A DNA stretch of 64,000 nucleotides from Dehalococcoidia bacterium (GCA_965215425.1 OZ244064.1:1116095-1180094), one strand, 5' to 3'; positions 52,465 to 62,778 are shown, counted from the first letter of the stretch. Notes: a model not told the origin generated them from the letters alone. Numbers and translations: made by a program.

Positions 52465-53502
52465 GTGGCAAACGATGTAATCCGCCTGGGTCTTATCGGC
52501 GCCGGCCGTAATACCCGCGACCGCCATATACCCGGCTTTCTCCAGGTAGAGGGCGTGGAGCTTTCCGCCGTGGCCAACCGCAGCCGGGAATCGGGCCAGC
52601 GGGTGGCCGATTCCTTTAACATCCCCACCGTTTACGACAATTGGCGCGACTTGCTGGAAGACCCGACCATTGATGCCGTCTGCATCGGCACCTGGCCTTA
52701 TATGCACCGCAACCTTACCCTGGCGGCCCTGGAAAAGGGCAAGCACGTCCTTACCGAGGCCCGGATGGCCGCCAATGCCCGGGAAGCCCGGGAAATGCTC
52801 AACGCCTCCCGGAACCATCCCAACCTGGTAACCCAGATTGTGCCGGGGCCTTCCACCTTCAAGGTGGATAACCTCCTCCGGCAGTTGGTGGCGGAGGGTT
52901 ACCTGGGCGACCTGCTGGCGGTGGAGGCCCAGGTGTTGACCACCAATTTTGTGGATGCCGGCGCCCCGCTGCACTGGCGACACAACCGCAGCTTCAGCGG
53001 CTACAACATCCTGAACATGGGCATCTGGTACGAGTGTATGATTCGCTGGACCGGCCCGGCCACCCGGGTAATGGCGATGACCAGGGTCAACGTCCCCAGC
53101 CGGCTGGATGAAGATGGCAACCTGCAATCCGTAACCATCCCCGACCACGTGGACATTCTGATGCAGTTTGCCAACGGCGCTCAGGGACATATGCGGGTCA
53201 GCGCGGTAACCGGCTTGGCGCCCGGCGCCGAGGCCTGGCTCTACGGTAGCCAGGGGACGCTTCACCTGGACCCCGGCCTGAACGTTTGGGGCGGTCAGCG
53301 GGGCGACCGCCAGCTGGCGGAGATACCCAACCCGCCGGAGAATCAGTACGCCTGGCGGGTGGAGGAAGAGTTCATCAGCGCGATACGCGGGCAGGAACCG
53401 GTTACCCATACCCCCTTTGAAGTGGGGGTGCATTACATGGAGTTCACGGAAGCGGTAACCCGCAGCGCCCAAACCGGCCAGGCAGTGGCGTTGCCGCTGT
53501 AG
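52465..53502 (+). CDS. Gfo/Idh/MocA-family oxidoreductase
   Basis: VIRLGLIGAGRNTRDRHIPGF Rossmann N-terminus. GTG start with an AGGAGG RBS. The upstream track extension runs through the repeat array. Confidence 0.85.
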   Translation: MANDVIRLGLIGAGRNTRDRHIPGFLQVEGVELSAVANRSRESGQRVADSFNIPTVYDNWRDLLEDPTIDAVCIGTWPYMHRNLTLAALEKGKHVLTEARMAANAREAREMLNASRNHPNLVTQIVPGPSTFKVDNLLRQLVAEGYLGDLLAVEAQVLTTNFVDAGAPLHWRHNRSFSGYNILNMGIWYECMIRWTGPATRVMAMTRVNVPSRLDEDGNLQSVTIPDHVDILMQFANGAQGHMRVSAVTGLAPGAEAWLYGSQGTLHLDPGLNVWGGQRGDRQLAEIPNPPENQYAWRVEEEFISAIRGQEPVTHTPFEVGVHYMEFTEAVTRSAQTGQAVALPL

Positions 53503-53645
53503 GGGTAGGGGCTGGCCAGACCCCCAGCGTCCCCGCCCAGGTGAAAACGTTGCCGCTGTAGGGATAGGGGCGGTGGCCAGACCCCCAGCGTCCCCGCCCA
53601 GGTGAAAACGTTGCCGCTGTAGGGGTAGGGGCGGTGGGCCGGGCC
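53490..53645. repeat. Tandem repeat, about 2.6 copies of a 59-61 bp unit
   Basis: gttgccgctgtaggggtagggg(c)ggtggccagacccccagcgtccccgcccaggtgaaaac. The first copy overlaps the oxidoreductase stop codon. Confidence 0.85.
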
Positions 53646-53760
53646 GGAAAATAGGAGAGGGTCGCGCAATACCTCTTAACCCGTCATTCCGGCGCCCCCC
53701 TCACGCCGGCCTTCTCCCGGGGAGATAATCGGGAGAGGGGTCGGGAGCGAGGGCCGCCGG

Positions 53761-54225
53761 CTAACGGCGTCTGCTACCGTGGGAGACACACCATTCCTCG
53801 TAAGGCGGCACCTCTTCGTTGACCACCCAGAGGAAGTAATAGATTCCTGAGTCGCCCATGAATTTGAACTGCTTGCGAATGTCCCGGGCTGTCCCCTCAA
53901 ATCCACCGTGAGAGCGCAGGTAGCTGCGGAAACTGCCGTGGCTTCCCTCCAAGGACAGCATCTGCTGGGCGTTGGCGACGATGGCCGCCAATTTGCGGCG
54001 GTGGCGTATCACCCGCCGGTCCTGGGCCAGCTCATCCAGTTCCGCCTCCCCCTGGGCCGCCACCCACTCCGGGTCGAAGCCCTGAAAAGCCTCCCGAATG
54101 TCCGGCCATTTAGAATCCACTACCCGCCAGGATATGCCGGACTGAAACACCGCCTTGCTCATTATTTCCAGGTAGTCAGCAAGGCCGGCGGGAGATATTC
54201 GTTCCGGTACGTTCCTATTCACCAT
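53761..54225 (-). CDS. tag: DNA-3-methyladenine glycosylase I-like protein (short form)
   Basis: AVFQSGISWRVVDSKWPDIREAFQGFDP...RHRRKLAAIVANA. Confidence 0.7.
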   Translation of the reverse strand: MVNRNVPERISPAGLADYLEIMSKAVFQSGISWRVVDSKWPDIREAFQGFDPEWVAAQGEAELDELAQDRRVIRHRRKLAAIVANAQQMLSLEGSHGSFRSYLRSHGGFEGTARDIRKQFKFMGDSGIYYFLWVVNEEVPPYEEWCVSHGSRRR

Positions 54226-54260
54226 CCGGTTACATCTTCCAGGGAGTTGCCGGCCCTCGA

Positions 54261-54911
54261 TTAAGGCTGCCGTCCGGCGAATCCCAGCAGCTTATCCCCT
54301 TCGCTGGAGTCGTCAGGAACCGCTACGGCCGGCCCAAAGGCGCCGGCCTGGCGGCCCTGTTCCATCTGGCTCCCCATAACCTGGCGGCATATTGCTGCCA
54401 GGGAGTCGTCCAGCGCAAAATCCTGACCGGTTGCCTTGGCCAGGTCCCATTGATGGATCAGCACGTCGCCGAAGCCGGCCAGCAGCATATCCCCGGCGGG
54501 CATCGGGCCGAAGGGAGTGTCCAGTACCTTTTCCACCATACCCGGGGCTTTGACGGCGTTTAACGTGGCGGCAGTTGACGATTCAAAGGCCGCCGCCGCC
54601 CCTTCCGGGGGCAGCGGGCCGCTGACTGCCATGGGGTCCACCGGGGGGGCCGACTGGGGGTTCCCCAGGGGATCCGACGGGGTAGTCGCCGGGGTTGCCG
54701 CTGCGCCCGATTCGGTCAATACCCCTTCCAGCACCCGGGCCAGCACCCGGGCAACGTTAATGTTGTGATTGAGCAACTCCTGAACCGTCCACTCGCTGCA
54801 GGGGGTCGGGTTGCCCAGCTGCTCCGGCTTGACGCCGGCGATTAAGGGACGCATCGCGTTGACGGCCCTTTCGTATAGCTCGATGGGATTGGGCATTTCT
54901 TGGGGAGGCAC
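54261..54911 (-). CDS. DinB/mycothiol-dependent maleylpyruvate isomerase N-terminal family protein
   Basis: L..PTPCSEWTVQELLNH motif, typical of the TIGR03086-like family as I recall it. Confidence 0.65.
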   Translation of the reverse strand: MPPQEMPNPIELYERAVNAMRPLIAGVKPEQLGNPTPCSEWTVQELLNHNINVARVLARVLEGVLTESGAAATPATTPSDPLGNPQSAPPVDPMAVSGPLPPEGAAAAFESSTAATLNAVKAPGMVEKVLDTPFGPMPAGDMLLAGFGDVLIHQWDLAKATGQDFALDDSLAAICRQVMGSQMEQGRQAGAFGPAVAVPDDSSEGDKLLGFAGRQP

Positions 54912-55141
54912 GATCTTCTCCTCTGCCGGTTAAATACGCCGGGACCTGGCGCCGGATGCCTTCGTCGGTATTGGGCGCCAGTATCGGCTGCCGGTATTGG
55001 CCGCCGGGTTGGTCAGGGCAATTTGTCGCCTTCAGGTATCGGTCCCGGAACGGCTGCCGGGGAATCCCGGCAGGCATCCCCGGCCCGACCAGTGGGTCGG
55101 GCAACCAGGCCCGGACGGAGAGGGAAGCCCGGCGCCCGGCC

Positions 55142-56578
55142 TCACCGCCCCCGCCGCTGGTCTCCCCGTTGATCCCGTCGCTGGTCTCGATAGTTGGGCG
55201 CACTGATGGGATGCCAGTCCACCATGGCCCCGTCCACCAGGCGAGAGCCGATGTTGGGCCAGTCGGATTCCAGTTCGTTTACGCTGTAAACGGAGGTTAT
55301 CACGGTGGGCAGTTGCACGTCGTAGCGGTAAACCACAATTTGGTACAGCTTTTCCTCCGCCCAGGGAGTGCTGCTTTCGGTGCCCAGGTCATCCAGAACC
55401 AGCAGGGGCGCCGTCTTGACCTGCTCGAACAGCTCGTCGTAACCAATGGGGCTGTCCGGGCTGAAGGTCGCCCGCAGGTGGTCCAGCAAGGAAGGCACAA
55501 AGGCGTAGAACACCGGGCGGCCCTGCTTTATGCTGGCACCGGCGACGGCTATCGCCAAGTGGGTCTTGCCACAGCCCCGGGGCCCGGTGAGCAGTAGCCA
55601 GCCCGACGGGTGGGCGGCAAAGTTCGTAGCGGCCTGCTTGGCCCGCGCCAGCGACTCCCGGGCGGCGGTATCCGCATTGGCGTGGCCCCAAACGTCGAAA
55701 GCCTCCAGCGTCATCCGCTGCTGCATATTGCCCGGTATATCCCCGACGCGGCGCGCCAGCCGAGTATTACGCTCGCCCAGCCGGAACACCCGGGAGAAAT
55801 CTCCGCAGGAGTCCATCCGGGTACGCAGCCCTTCTTCCAGCCGTTCCAGCGGCCCCCGCACGGTGATGATGGTGGGCAGTTCGGCGTTAAAACGGTGGCT
55901 GATTATCTGAAACAGCTTCTCCCGCGCCCAGGGAGTGGTGGCCTGGGCGGTCAGGTCGTCCAGCGCCAGCACCGGCACGTTGCGCACCTGCTCGAACAGT
56001 TCATCGTAGGAGATCGCCGTATCCGGGGAGTAGGTGGCCCGCAGGTGGTCCAACAGGTCGGCGGCCACGATGAAGTAGGTGGTAAAACCCAGTTCGATGC
56101 AGCGATTAGCCGTCGCCACGGCCAGGTGCGTCTTGCCGCTGCCGCTGGGACCGGTAAATACCAGCCAGCCGGAGGGGTTTTCCGCAAAGGCGGTAGCGGC
56201 AGCCAGGGCCTCCCGGAACAGCCGCCGGCCGGCATCGTCCGGCAGGGGGCCGTCCGGGCGGGTGTTTTCCAGCGTAATGCGGCGCAGGGCGCCCAGGTTG
56301 CTATAGCGGCGCAACGCCTCGGCCCGGTCGGTCGAGTCCTGCTGCTGCTGGCAGCGACAGGGAAAGGCCTCGCCAAAGTCCGGGTGGCCCACCGGCACCC
56401 GCTTGCTGACCCAGCCGGCGCCGTGGCAGACCGGGCAGGCGGCGCCGGCCGGTTCTTCCGCCAGTTCCTCCGCCGATTCCTCCGGGAGGAGGCGGCGCCG
56501 CCCGACCCTATCGCCGTTGACGGCTTCTGGGGCCTGGCGAGCGGTTATCCGTCTCAGTATGTCGCCCAGACTTTCCAT
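55142..56578 (-). CDS. DnaC/DnaI-like helicase loader with two tandem AAA+ modules and an N-terminal zinc-finger-like motif
   Basis: [10 protein letters not shown]...CRC; module 1 [13 protein letters not shown]...LALDDL; module 2 [13 protein letters not shown]...LVLDDLG. The two modules align clearly. Confidence 0.75.
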   Translation of the reverse strand: MESLGDILRRITARQAPEAVNGDRVGRRRLLPEESAEELAEEPAGAACPVCHGAGWVSKRVPVGHPDFGEAFPCRCQQQQDSTDRAEALRRYSNLGALRRITLENTRPDGPLPDDAGRRLFREALAAATAFAENPSGWLVFTGPSGSGKTHLAVATANRCIELGFTTYFIVAADLLDHLRATYSPDTAISYDELFEQVRNVPVLALDDLTAQATTPWAREKLFQIISHRFNAELPTIITVRGPLERLEEGLRTRMDSCGDFSRVFRLGERNTRLARRVGDIPGNMQQRMTLEAFDVWGHANADTAARESLARAKQAATNFAAHPSGWLLLTGPRGCGKTHLAIAVAGASIKQGRPVFYAFVPSLLDHLRATFSPDSPIGYDELFEQVKTAPLLVLDDLGTESSTPWAEEKLYQIVVYRYDVQLPTVITSVYSVNELESDWPNIGSRLVDGAMVDWHPISAPNYRDQRRDQRGDQRRGR

Positions 56579-57380
56579 GCGGTGTTCCGTCCCTTCCCCA
56601 CAGTGTGGCTCCGGCCTTCGTGCCGACTCCCGCCGGGTTTCCGGCGCCGGCGGAGGGTTCCCTTACATCTCCGCCCCGGCCTTCGGCGGCCCAGCGGCGC
56701 AGGATGGCGGAGATATAACTCCAACTCCGCTTGTTTTCGTTAATGGCGATCCTGAAAGCCTCGGCAATCCAGCTCCGGGGATAGCCTTCCTCAGCGTCCC
56801 GCAGCTGCTCGGCGATTACCGGGCCGATGAGGCCGATATTGTCTTCGTAGAGGGCGAAAATGTTGGGCCGGGGGGCCGCCGGCAGTTCGGGGGCGCCCAT
56901 TTCCGCTTCCGCCGCCAGGGGAACCGACCATTGCTCCTCCCGTTGACTTTGCCCCGGGCCGGCCGGGCGCCGGCCCAACTCCCGCCGGTTGGCTGCGGTA
57001 TTGAGGAGGTAGCGGCGTCCGGCCAGTCCTTCCAGTCCTTCCCGTCCTTCCGTGCTTTGGGGGTTTTCCGGGGTTGCGGGACCCGGGGTTACGGGGCAGC
57101 AGAGCAACGTCCGGCGGGTTACCGCTTGTTCCAGCCCCTGCCTGATCCGTTCCTGCGGGTCGCCGCCCAGGGACTTTATTCCCCTCAAGAGCGTCGGGTC
57201 GTTGAGTAGTTCCGCCGCCGCCAGCGAGCGGAAGGCTCCCCGCTTTTGGCCCAGCAGCCAGAGCGCCCGCAAAGTTACCTTCAGTTCCGCCACATCTTCA
57301 ATCTCCGCCAGCAGGGAGTTAAAGAAGGGGTCGGGAACCGGCGTGGCCCGCACCTTGTCGGGAAAGCCGTCAAAGGACAT
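56508..57380 (-). CDS. DnaD/DnaB_2-domain replication protein
   Basis: IFALYEDNIGLIGPVIAEQLRDAEEGYPRSWIAEAFRIAINENKRSWSYISAILRRW. The 3' end overlaps the loader gene by 71 nt, so the true stop or frame is uncertain. Confidence 0.65.
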   Translation of the reverse strand: MSFDGFPDKVRATPVPDPFFNSLLAEIEDVAELKVTLRALWLLGQKRGAFRSLAAAELLNDPTLLRGIKSLGGDPQERIRQGLEQAVTRRTLLCCPVTPGPATPENPQSTEGREGLEGLAGRRYLLNTAANRRELGRRPAGPGQSQREEQWSVPLAAEAEMGAPELPAAPRPNIFALYEDNIGLIGPVIAEQLRDAEEGYPRSWIAEAFRIAINENKRSWSYISAILRRWAAEGRGGDVREPSAGAGNPAGVGTKAGATLWGRDGTPHGKSGRHTETDNRSPGPRSRQRR

Positions 57381-57382
57381 AG

Positions 57383-58753
57383 CTAAAAATCTTCATCCCG
57401 GCCCAGGGCGTCGAAGCGCACCAGGTTATTGCGAAAGCGCAGTTTTACGCCGCCGGTGGGGCCGTGGCGGTGTTTGGCGACGATTATTTCGGCGATGTTC
57501 CGAGGATAGGGCCGGTCGGGGAAATGCTGCTGCCACTCATCCTCGGTATAGTACACGTCCTCCCGGTAGATGAACATTACAATGTCGGCGTCCTGCTCAA
57601 TGCTGCCGCTGTCGCGCAGGTCGGACAGCAAGGGGCGGTGGCCGGGCCGGCCTTCCACCACCCGGCTTAACTGGGAGCAGGTAATGATCGGCACCCGCAG
57701 ATCCCGGGCGATGCCCTTGAGCGAGCGGGAGATTTCGCTGATTTCCTGCACCCGGTTCTCGCCGACCCGGCCCTGGCTCCGGCCCTGAACCAGTTGGAGG
57801 TAATCCACAATCAGCAAATCCAGCCCGTCGGGACTAATGGACAGCCGCCGGGCCTTGCTCCGCATCTCCATAATTCCCTGAAAGGGAGTGTCGTCGATAT
57901 AGACCGGCAAGTCGGAGAGGTTGCCGATGGAGTCAATGATCCGCTGCTCCTCGGCCTCGGTGTACAGGCCCAGGCGGAGGCGGTGGGCGTCAACTTCGGC
58001 GTCGCCGGCCAGGATGCGCAGGGCCAACTGTTCCCGGCTCATCTCCAGGCTGAAAATACCCACCGCGGCGCCCTGCCTGGCGGCGTTCAGCGATACGTTA
58101 ATCGCCAGGGCGCTCTTGCCCAGGCCGGGCCGCGCGCCCAGGATGAGCATATCCGACCGTTGCATCCCCCCCAGCAGTTCATCCAGATCATTGTAGCCGG
58201 TCATTACCGGGGCGCTTTGGTCCAGCGGGTCGGCGATGGCAGCTCGTTCTTCCAGAAACTGGTCGTAAATCTGCCGCAGGGAGACAAAGCCCTGCTCCGG
58301 CCGGGCGTCCCGCACCCGAAACAGCACATCTTCGGCCTGGCGCAGGGTGGTTTCCACGTCGTCGGTATCCTCGTAGCCGATGGCGGAGATGCGGGAGGCG
58401 GCGTTAATCAGCCGGCGCATCGTGGCGGTACGGGACACCAACTGAGCGTAGTATTCGGCGTGGGTGGAGGTGGGGGTGATGGCAACCAGGTGGCTGAGAT
58501 AGGCCATGCCGCCGGCGTTGTCCAGCTGACCGGTGCGGCTCAACTCCCGGGCCAAAGTTACCTGGTCGATGGCCTCGCTGCGTTGGAACAAGTCGATGCA
58601 GGCCGCGAAACAGAGCCGGTTTCGCTCCCGGTAGAAGTCCTCCGACTTGATCAGGTGGGAGACGTGCAGGAAAGAATCGCCGTCAATCAACAGCGACCCG
58701 ATCACCGCCTCCTCCGCCGCCACGTCATGGGGCAGGAGCTGCTCGGCGTACAT
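57383..58753 (-). CDS. dnaB: Replicative DNA helicase DnaB
   Basis: LPHDVAAEEAVIGSLLID, Walker A GARPGLGKSA, IVDYLQL, QLSR. The ATG at 58753 lies 2 nt downstream of the rplI stop codon. Confidence 0.9.
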   Translation of the reverse strand: MYAEQLLPHDVAAEEAVIGSLLIDGDSFLHVSHLIKSEDFYRERNRLCFAACIDLFQRSEAIDQVTLARELSRTGQLDNAGGMAYLSHLVAITPTSTHAEYYAQLVSRTATMRRLINAASRISAIGYEDTDDVETTLRQAEDVLFRVRDARPEQGFVSLRQIYDQFLEERAAIADPLDQSAPVMTGYNDLDELLGGMQRSDMLILGARPGLGKSALAINVSLNAARQGAAVGIFSLEMSREQLALRILAGDAEVDAHRLRLGLYTEAEEQRIIDSIGNLSDLPVYIDDTPFQGIMEMRSKARRLSISPDGLDLLIVDYLQLVQGRSQGRVGENRVQEISEISRSLKGIARDLRVPIITCSQLSRVVEGRPGHRPLLSDLRDSGSIEQDADIVMFIYREDVYYTEDEWQQHFPDRPYPRNIAEIIVAKHRHGPTGGVKLRFRNNLVRFDALGRDEDF

Positions 58754-58757
58754 TGGT

Positions 58758-59207
58758 TTACTCTTCGGCCTCGGCGATGATGTTGATGGTGGCCCGGATC
58801 TCCGGCGACAGCCGTAGCACCGCCTCATACTCGCCGGGTTCCCGGATGGGTTCAACGGTGGAAACCAGCCGGCGGTCAATATCCCGTCCCAGGGTCTCGG
58901 ACAGCCCTTCGGCAATCCGGGCGTCGTTGATGGCGCCATAATAACGGCCGGTGGGCGTAACCCGGGCCGCCAGGGTGATGGTAGTGTTGTCCAGCAGTTG
59001 GGCCAACTCTTCCATTACCTCGGTTTCCCGCGCCCGCTGCTGGTCGCCGGCGGTCTTGATTTTATGGGCGCGCTTGAGGATTTCCGGCGTGGCAACTTCG
59101 GCTAGTCCCTGGGGAATCAGGTAGTTGCGAGCATAGCCGTCGGCCACCCGCTTAATCTCCCCGGCGTGGGCCTGGTTTTCCACGTCCTGCAAAAAAATGA
59201 CCTGCAT
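58758..59207 (-). CDS. rplI: Ribosomal protein L9
   Basis: [36 protein letters not shown]. Confidence 0.9.
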   Translation of the reverse strand: MQVIFLQDVENQAHAGEIKRVADGYARNYLIPQGLAEVATPEILKRAHKIKTAGDQQRARETEVMEELAQLLDNTTITLAARVTPTGRYYGAINDARIAEGLSETLGRDIDRRLVSTVEPIREPGEYEAVLRLSPEIRATINIIAEAEE

Positions 59208-59629
59208 ATCCCTTTTCCTCTTCCTTACTCCAACCGTAAGGGAATAAATATCGTCGGCCCATTATACTCCAGAAGGCCGCTGCCCTGAAAGCGGGGCCTG
59301 ACATTGGTTCCGTTGAAAACCGGGTTTAACCCCGACTGGGCCGGGCGTATATTGAACGGGAGGGGGAGGATTGGTTTGACGGCGGCAAGCCTTGTCCGGT
59401 CAACCAGACCGGTCAACCAGACCGGTCAACCCGGCCCGGTTGCCAAACCGCCGAATGGGGTTATACTGAATGACCTGACTACGACCTAGACTACGACTTG
59501 GACTACAACCTGGTCGCCCCGGGCCAGTCCATCGAAGCGGATGCGGTCAGTCTATCGGCTAGATTACAGCCTGACTACAGCCTGGCCGGTCGGGGCAAAT
59601 TATCACCGGGACAACGATGGGCGCGCATT

Positions 59630-60298
59630 ATGTCCTTCGCCGATGCTATTGAACGACAAGCCTGGCCCATACGCCGGGCGATTCTGGACCACCCTTTTGT
59701 CGCCGGGGTAGGCGACGGCACGCTGGAGGTGGCCCGGTTCAGGCATTACGTCTTGCAGGATTATGCCTACCTGATTGACTACAGCCGGGTATTGGCCCTG
59801 GCCGCCGCCCGCGCCCCGGACCTGGAAACGATGGCCTGGTTCGCCGGGCTGCTGGATGCCACCCTGAACGTGGAGATGGACCTGCACCGCAGCTATTGCG
59901 CCGAGTTCGGCATTACCCCGGAGGAACTGGAGGCCACCGTCGCCGCGCCCACCACCGTCGCCTACACCGGCTACCTGCTGCAATTAGCCCACCAGGGCAG
60001 CTTTGCCGAGTTGGTGGCCGGATTGCTCCCCTGCCAATGGGGTTACTGGGAAATCGGCGACCACCTGGCCCGCCAGGGCCAGCCGGAGGGTGCGCCCCTC
60101 TATGGCCAGTGGATCCAGATGTACGCCGCCCCGGAATTCGCCCGGCTGGCCGGCGCCATCCGCGACCTGGCTAACCGGCTGGGCGACCGGGCCGGCCCCG
60201 CCGAACGGGAGGCCATGGGCCGGGCCTACCTGACCAGCCTCCGCTTTGAGTATCTGTTCTGGGATATGGCCTACAACCGGGAGGAGTGGCCGGTTTAG
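59630..60298 (+). CDS. tenA: TenA/thiaminase II family protein
   Basis: HPFVAGVGDGTLEVARFRHYVLQDYAYL...YEIG.... The ATG at 59630 gives the typical length of about 222 aa. Confidence 0.8.
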   Translation: MSFADAIERQAWPIRRAILDHPFVAGVGDGTLEVARFRHYVLQDYAYLIDYSRVLALAAARAPDLETMAWFAGLLDATLNVEMDLHRSYCAEFGITPEELEATVAAPTTVAYTGYLLQLAHQGSFAELVAGLLPCQWGYWEIGDHLARQGQPEGAPLYGQWIQMYAAPEFARLAGAIRDLANRLGDRAGPAEREAMGRAYLTSLRFEYLFWDMAYNREEWPV

Positions 60299-60330
60299 GG
60301 GCATACCTTAACCGCACCGTCCCGAAAACT

Positions 60331-60466
60331 CCCACCGCTACGCCGCCACCGTACCCTGTGGGCGCAGTTGGCAGTAGCTACCAATGTCATTCCCACCGCT
60401 ACGCCGCTACCGTACCTTGCCATGCAGTCCGGTAGTTGCCCACCGCTACGCTTCCGCCGTTACGCC
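60331..60466. repeat. Three dispersed-tandem copies of a 27-nt motif spaced 47-61 bp apart
   Basis: cccaccgctacgccgc(c/t)accgtacc at 60331 and 60392, and a degenerate copy at 60439. Confidence 0.7.
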
Positions 60467-60650
60467 GGGGAAGTTAAACCCGGCCTTCGCTGCGCCCCGG
60501 GGGAAAACCCGGCCTGGACCAGGGCAGCTATACGCGCCTTCGCTGCGTCCCGGGAGAGAAAAACTCCCGCACCCCCAAATTTCCGTCGCAACCCGCTATC
60601 ACCGCGTTGAGGTTGCCCTTTCCGCCTCGGACGAATATACTGACCTGGTT

Positions 60651-61334
60651 ATGGAACCGCCACGCCAAATACCCCGGGATGACCTGACCGAACTGCCCCT
60701 GTTCCCGCTGAATCTGGTGCTGTTCCCCGGTATGCGTTTGCCGCTGCATATCTTTGAGGAACGTTACAAGGCGATGATTGGCGACTGTATTGACCGGGAG
60801 GCGCCCTTCGGCGTGGCGCTGATTAGGGACGGCCCGGAAGTGGGCGGCCCGGCGGAGCCTTTCCGGGTAGGCACCACCGCCCGCATCGCCCAGGTGCAGC
60901 GGCTGGAAGAGGGCCGGCTGAACCTGCTGGCCCAGGGCGAGCGGCGGTTCGAGCTGGTCGAGATTATCCAGCAGACGCCCCACCTGGTCGGGCTGGTCCG
61001 TTTCGTGCGCGAGGCGGTGGGGGAAGCAGCCCCGGCTTTGGTAGCGGCGGTGGGCGCGGAATATGGCTTCTTCCTGCGCCACCTCTCCACCCTGGCCGGC
61101 GGCTGGAATGCGCCGGTGCAAGTGCCGGAGGATCCTTTGACCCTCTCCTTTGAAGCGGTCTCCACCCTGACCGGCAGTATCGAACTGCCCCAGAGTATGC
61201 GCCAGGAGCTGCTGGAAATTGACACCGCCGGAGAACGGCTGGAGAAACTGCTGCCCCTGCTGAAGCGCAGCAACGAGCTGATCCAGGAACAGGTGCAAAA
61301 GAACAACCCCTACCGCGGCCCCCGCCTTAACTGA
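60651..61334 (+). CDS. LON N-terminal (substrate-binding) domain protein
   Basis: LPLFPLNLVLFPGMRLPLHIFEERYKAMI. Confidence 0.8.
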   Translation: MEPPRQIPRDDLTELPLFPLNLVLFPGMRLPLHIFEERYKAMIGDCIDREAPFGVALIRDGPEVGGPAEPFRVGTTARIAQVQRLEEGRLNLLAQGERRFELVEIIQQTPHLVGLVRFVREAVGEAAPALVAAVGAEYGFFLRHLSTLAGGWNAPVQVPEDPLTLSFEAVSTLTGSIELPQSMRQELLEIDTAGERLEKLLPLLKRSNELIQEQVQKNNPYRGPRLN

Positions 61335-61575
61335 CGGGGTTTTCGTTCAACAGCGCCGCGGTTCCCGGCCCGTTTCTGAGACGGGCTATGGTATGGCGGG
61401 GGCTGGAAGCGGTTTTCGTCCAGCAGCGCCGTGGTTTTCGGCTCCGTTTTTACGGAGCTATACAGCGTGAAAATCCCGGCGCCCCCGGGTATCTCTCATC
61501 CCTTAGTTCGCTCCACTCTCGCGGGACTGTAAAATCCCGGCGCCCCCGGTGAAAGCCCCGCCTACCGAAACCGGC

Positions 61576-62274
61576 TTACCGAAACCGGTCGCCGGGCGGA
61601 ATCTCCACGATACGGTCAACGTACACGCCGGGGACGTGGATCTGGTCCGGGTCCAGTTCTCCGGCTGCCACCACCGGATTTTCCACTTCCACCAGGGTGG
61701 TAGTCGCCGCCATCGCCATAATGGGGTTGAAGTTGCGTTGGGCCAACCGGAACCGGAGGTTGCCGAAAGCGTCGGCGTGCCAGGCCCGGATGAAGGCATA
61801 GTCGGCGGACAGGGGAAACTCCAGCAAGTAGGTGCGGCCGTTTATCTCCCGGTGTTCCCGGCCGGCGGCGATTTCGGTGCCGACGCCGGTGGGCGTGTAG
61901 AAGCCGCCAATGCCGGCCGCCGCGGCGCGGATGCGTTCGGCCAGCGTACCCTGCGGCGCTAACTCCCCTTCAATCTCGCCGGCGTTATATTGGCGCACGA
62001 AGGGAGTAACCCGCGAGGGATGGGTGGGGGCGGTAATGGAGCAAATCATCTTCCTGATCTGCCCGGCCTCGATCAGCGTCCCCACGTCCACCCGGCCATC
62101 GGTGCCACCGTGTTCGTTGGAGATTCCGGTGAGGTTTTTCGCCCCCTGCCGGCGCAGGGCGGCGATGAGGTTTTGGGGAGCGCCGACGCCGCCAAAATCG
62201 GCGAACATTATCGTCGCTCCATCGGGGATGTCGGCCACCGCCGCCGCAAAGCCGGCGTAGATTTTGTTCCGCAT
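61576..62274 (-). CDS. 3-oxoacid CoA-transferase, subunit A
   Basis: ADIPDGATIMFADFGGVGAPQNLIAAL...GISNE. Confidence 0.85.
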   Translation of the reverse strand: MRNKIYAGFAAAVADIPDGATIMFADFGGVGAPQNLIAALRRQGAKNLTGISNEHGGTDGRVDVGTLIEAGQIRKMICSITAPTHPSRVTPFVRQYNAGEIEGELAPQGTLAERIRAAAAGIGGFYTPTGVGTEIAAGREHREINGRTYLLEFPLSADYAFIRAWHADAFGNLRFRLAQRNFNPIMAMAATTTLVEVENPVVAAGELDPDQIHVPGVYVDRIVEIPPGDRFR

Positions 62275-62283
62275 TATCCCTGA

Positions 62284-62592
62284 TTATTCCTGATTCTTTC
62301 GTCCCGGCGGTTCCAGCAGCAAGTTCCAGCACAGGATTGCCGCGCTAACCGCCAGCAAGGGGATGGTGAAAGCTACGGAGGCCCATAGCCCATAGCCGGT
62401 TATTTCCACGGTTACGGCCAGGAGACCGGCGAAGGTTCCCGCCGCCTCCCGGATTGGCGCCGGCCAGCGCCAAAAGCGGAAGGTATCCGGCAGGCTGGGG
62501 CGCCAGCCGATTTGAAGCCCGCAATAGGCGCAATTTTCGGCGGTGGGCCGGTTGGCCGTTCCACAACGACGGCATATAAACTCGCGTCGCAT
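62284..62592 (-). CDS. Zinc-ribbon membrane protein
   Basis: CRRCGTANRPTAENCAYCG followed by two hydrophobic helices. Confidence 0.5.
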   Translation of the reverse strand: MRREFICRRCGTANRPTAENCAYCGLQIGWRPSLPDTFRFWRWPAPIREAAGTFAGLLAVTVEITGYGLWASVAFTIPLLAVSAAILCWNLLLEPPGRKNQE

Positions 62593-62778
62593 AGCGTTGC
62601 TCTACCGGGGGCCGCGCCCCGACTTCCGGTGGGCCACAGGCTACCATAGAGTCGGGGAATTGACTATAACGACGGTGGTATTGGGCCGTTCCGGTTGATT
62701 CCCGGCTTGGGGGATATTACAATTCCCTGAATCTAGCCAGCGAATCTAACCAACGAATCTGGACGGCAAGGCGGGACG

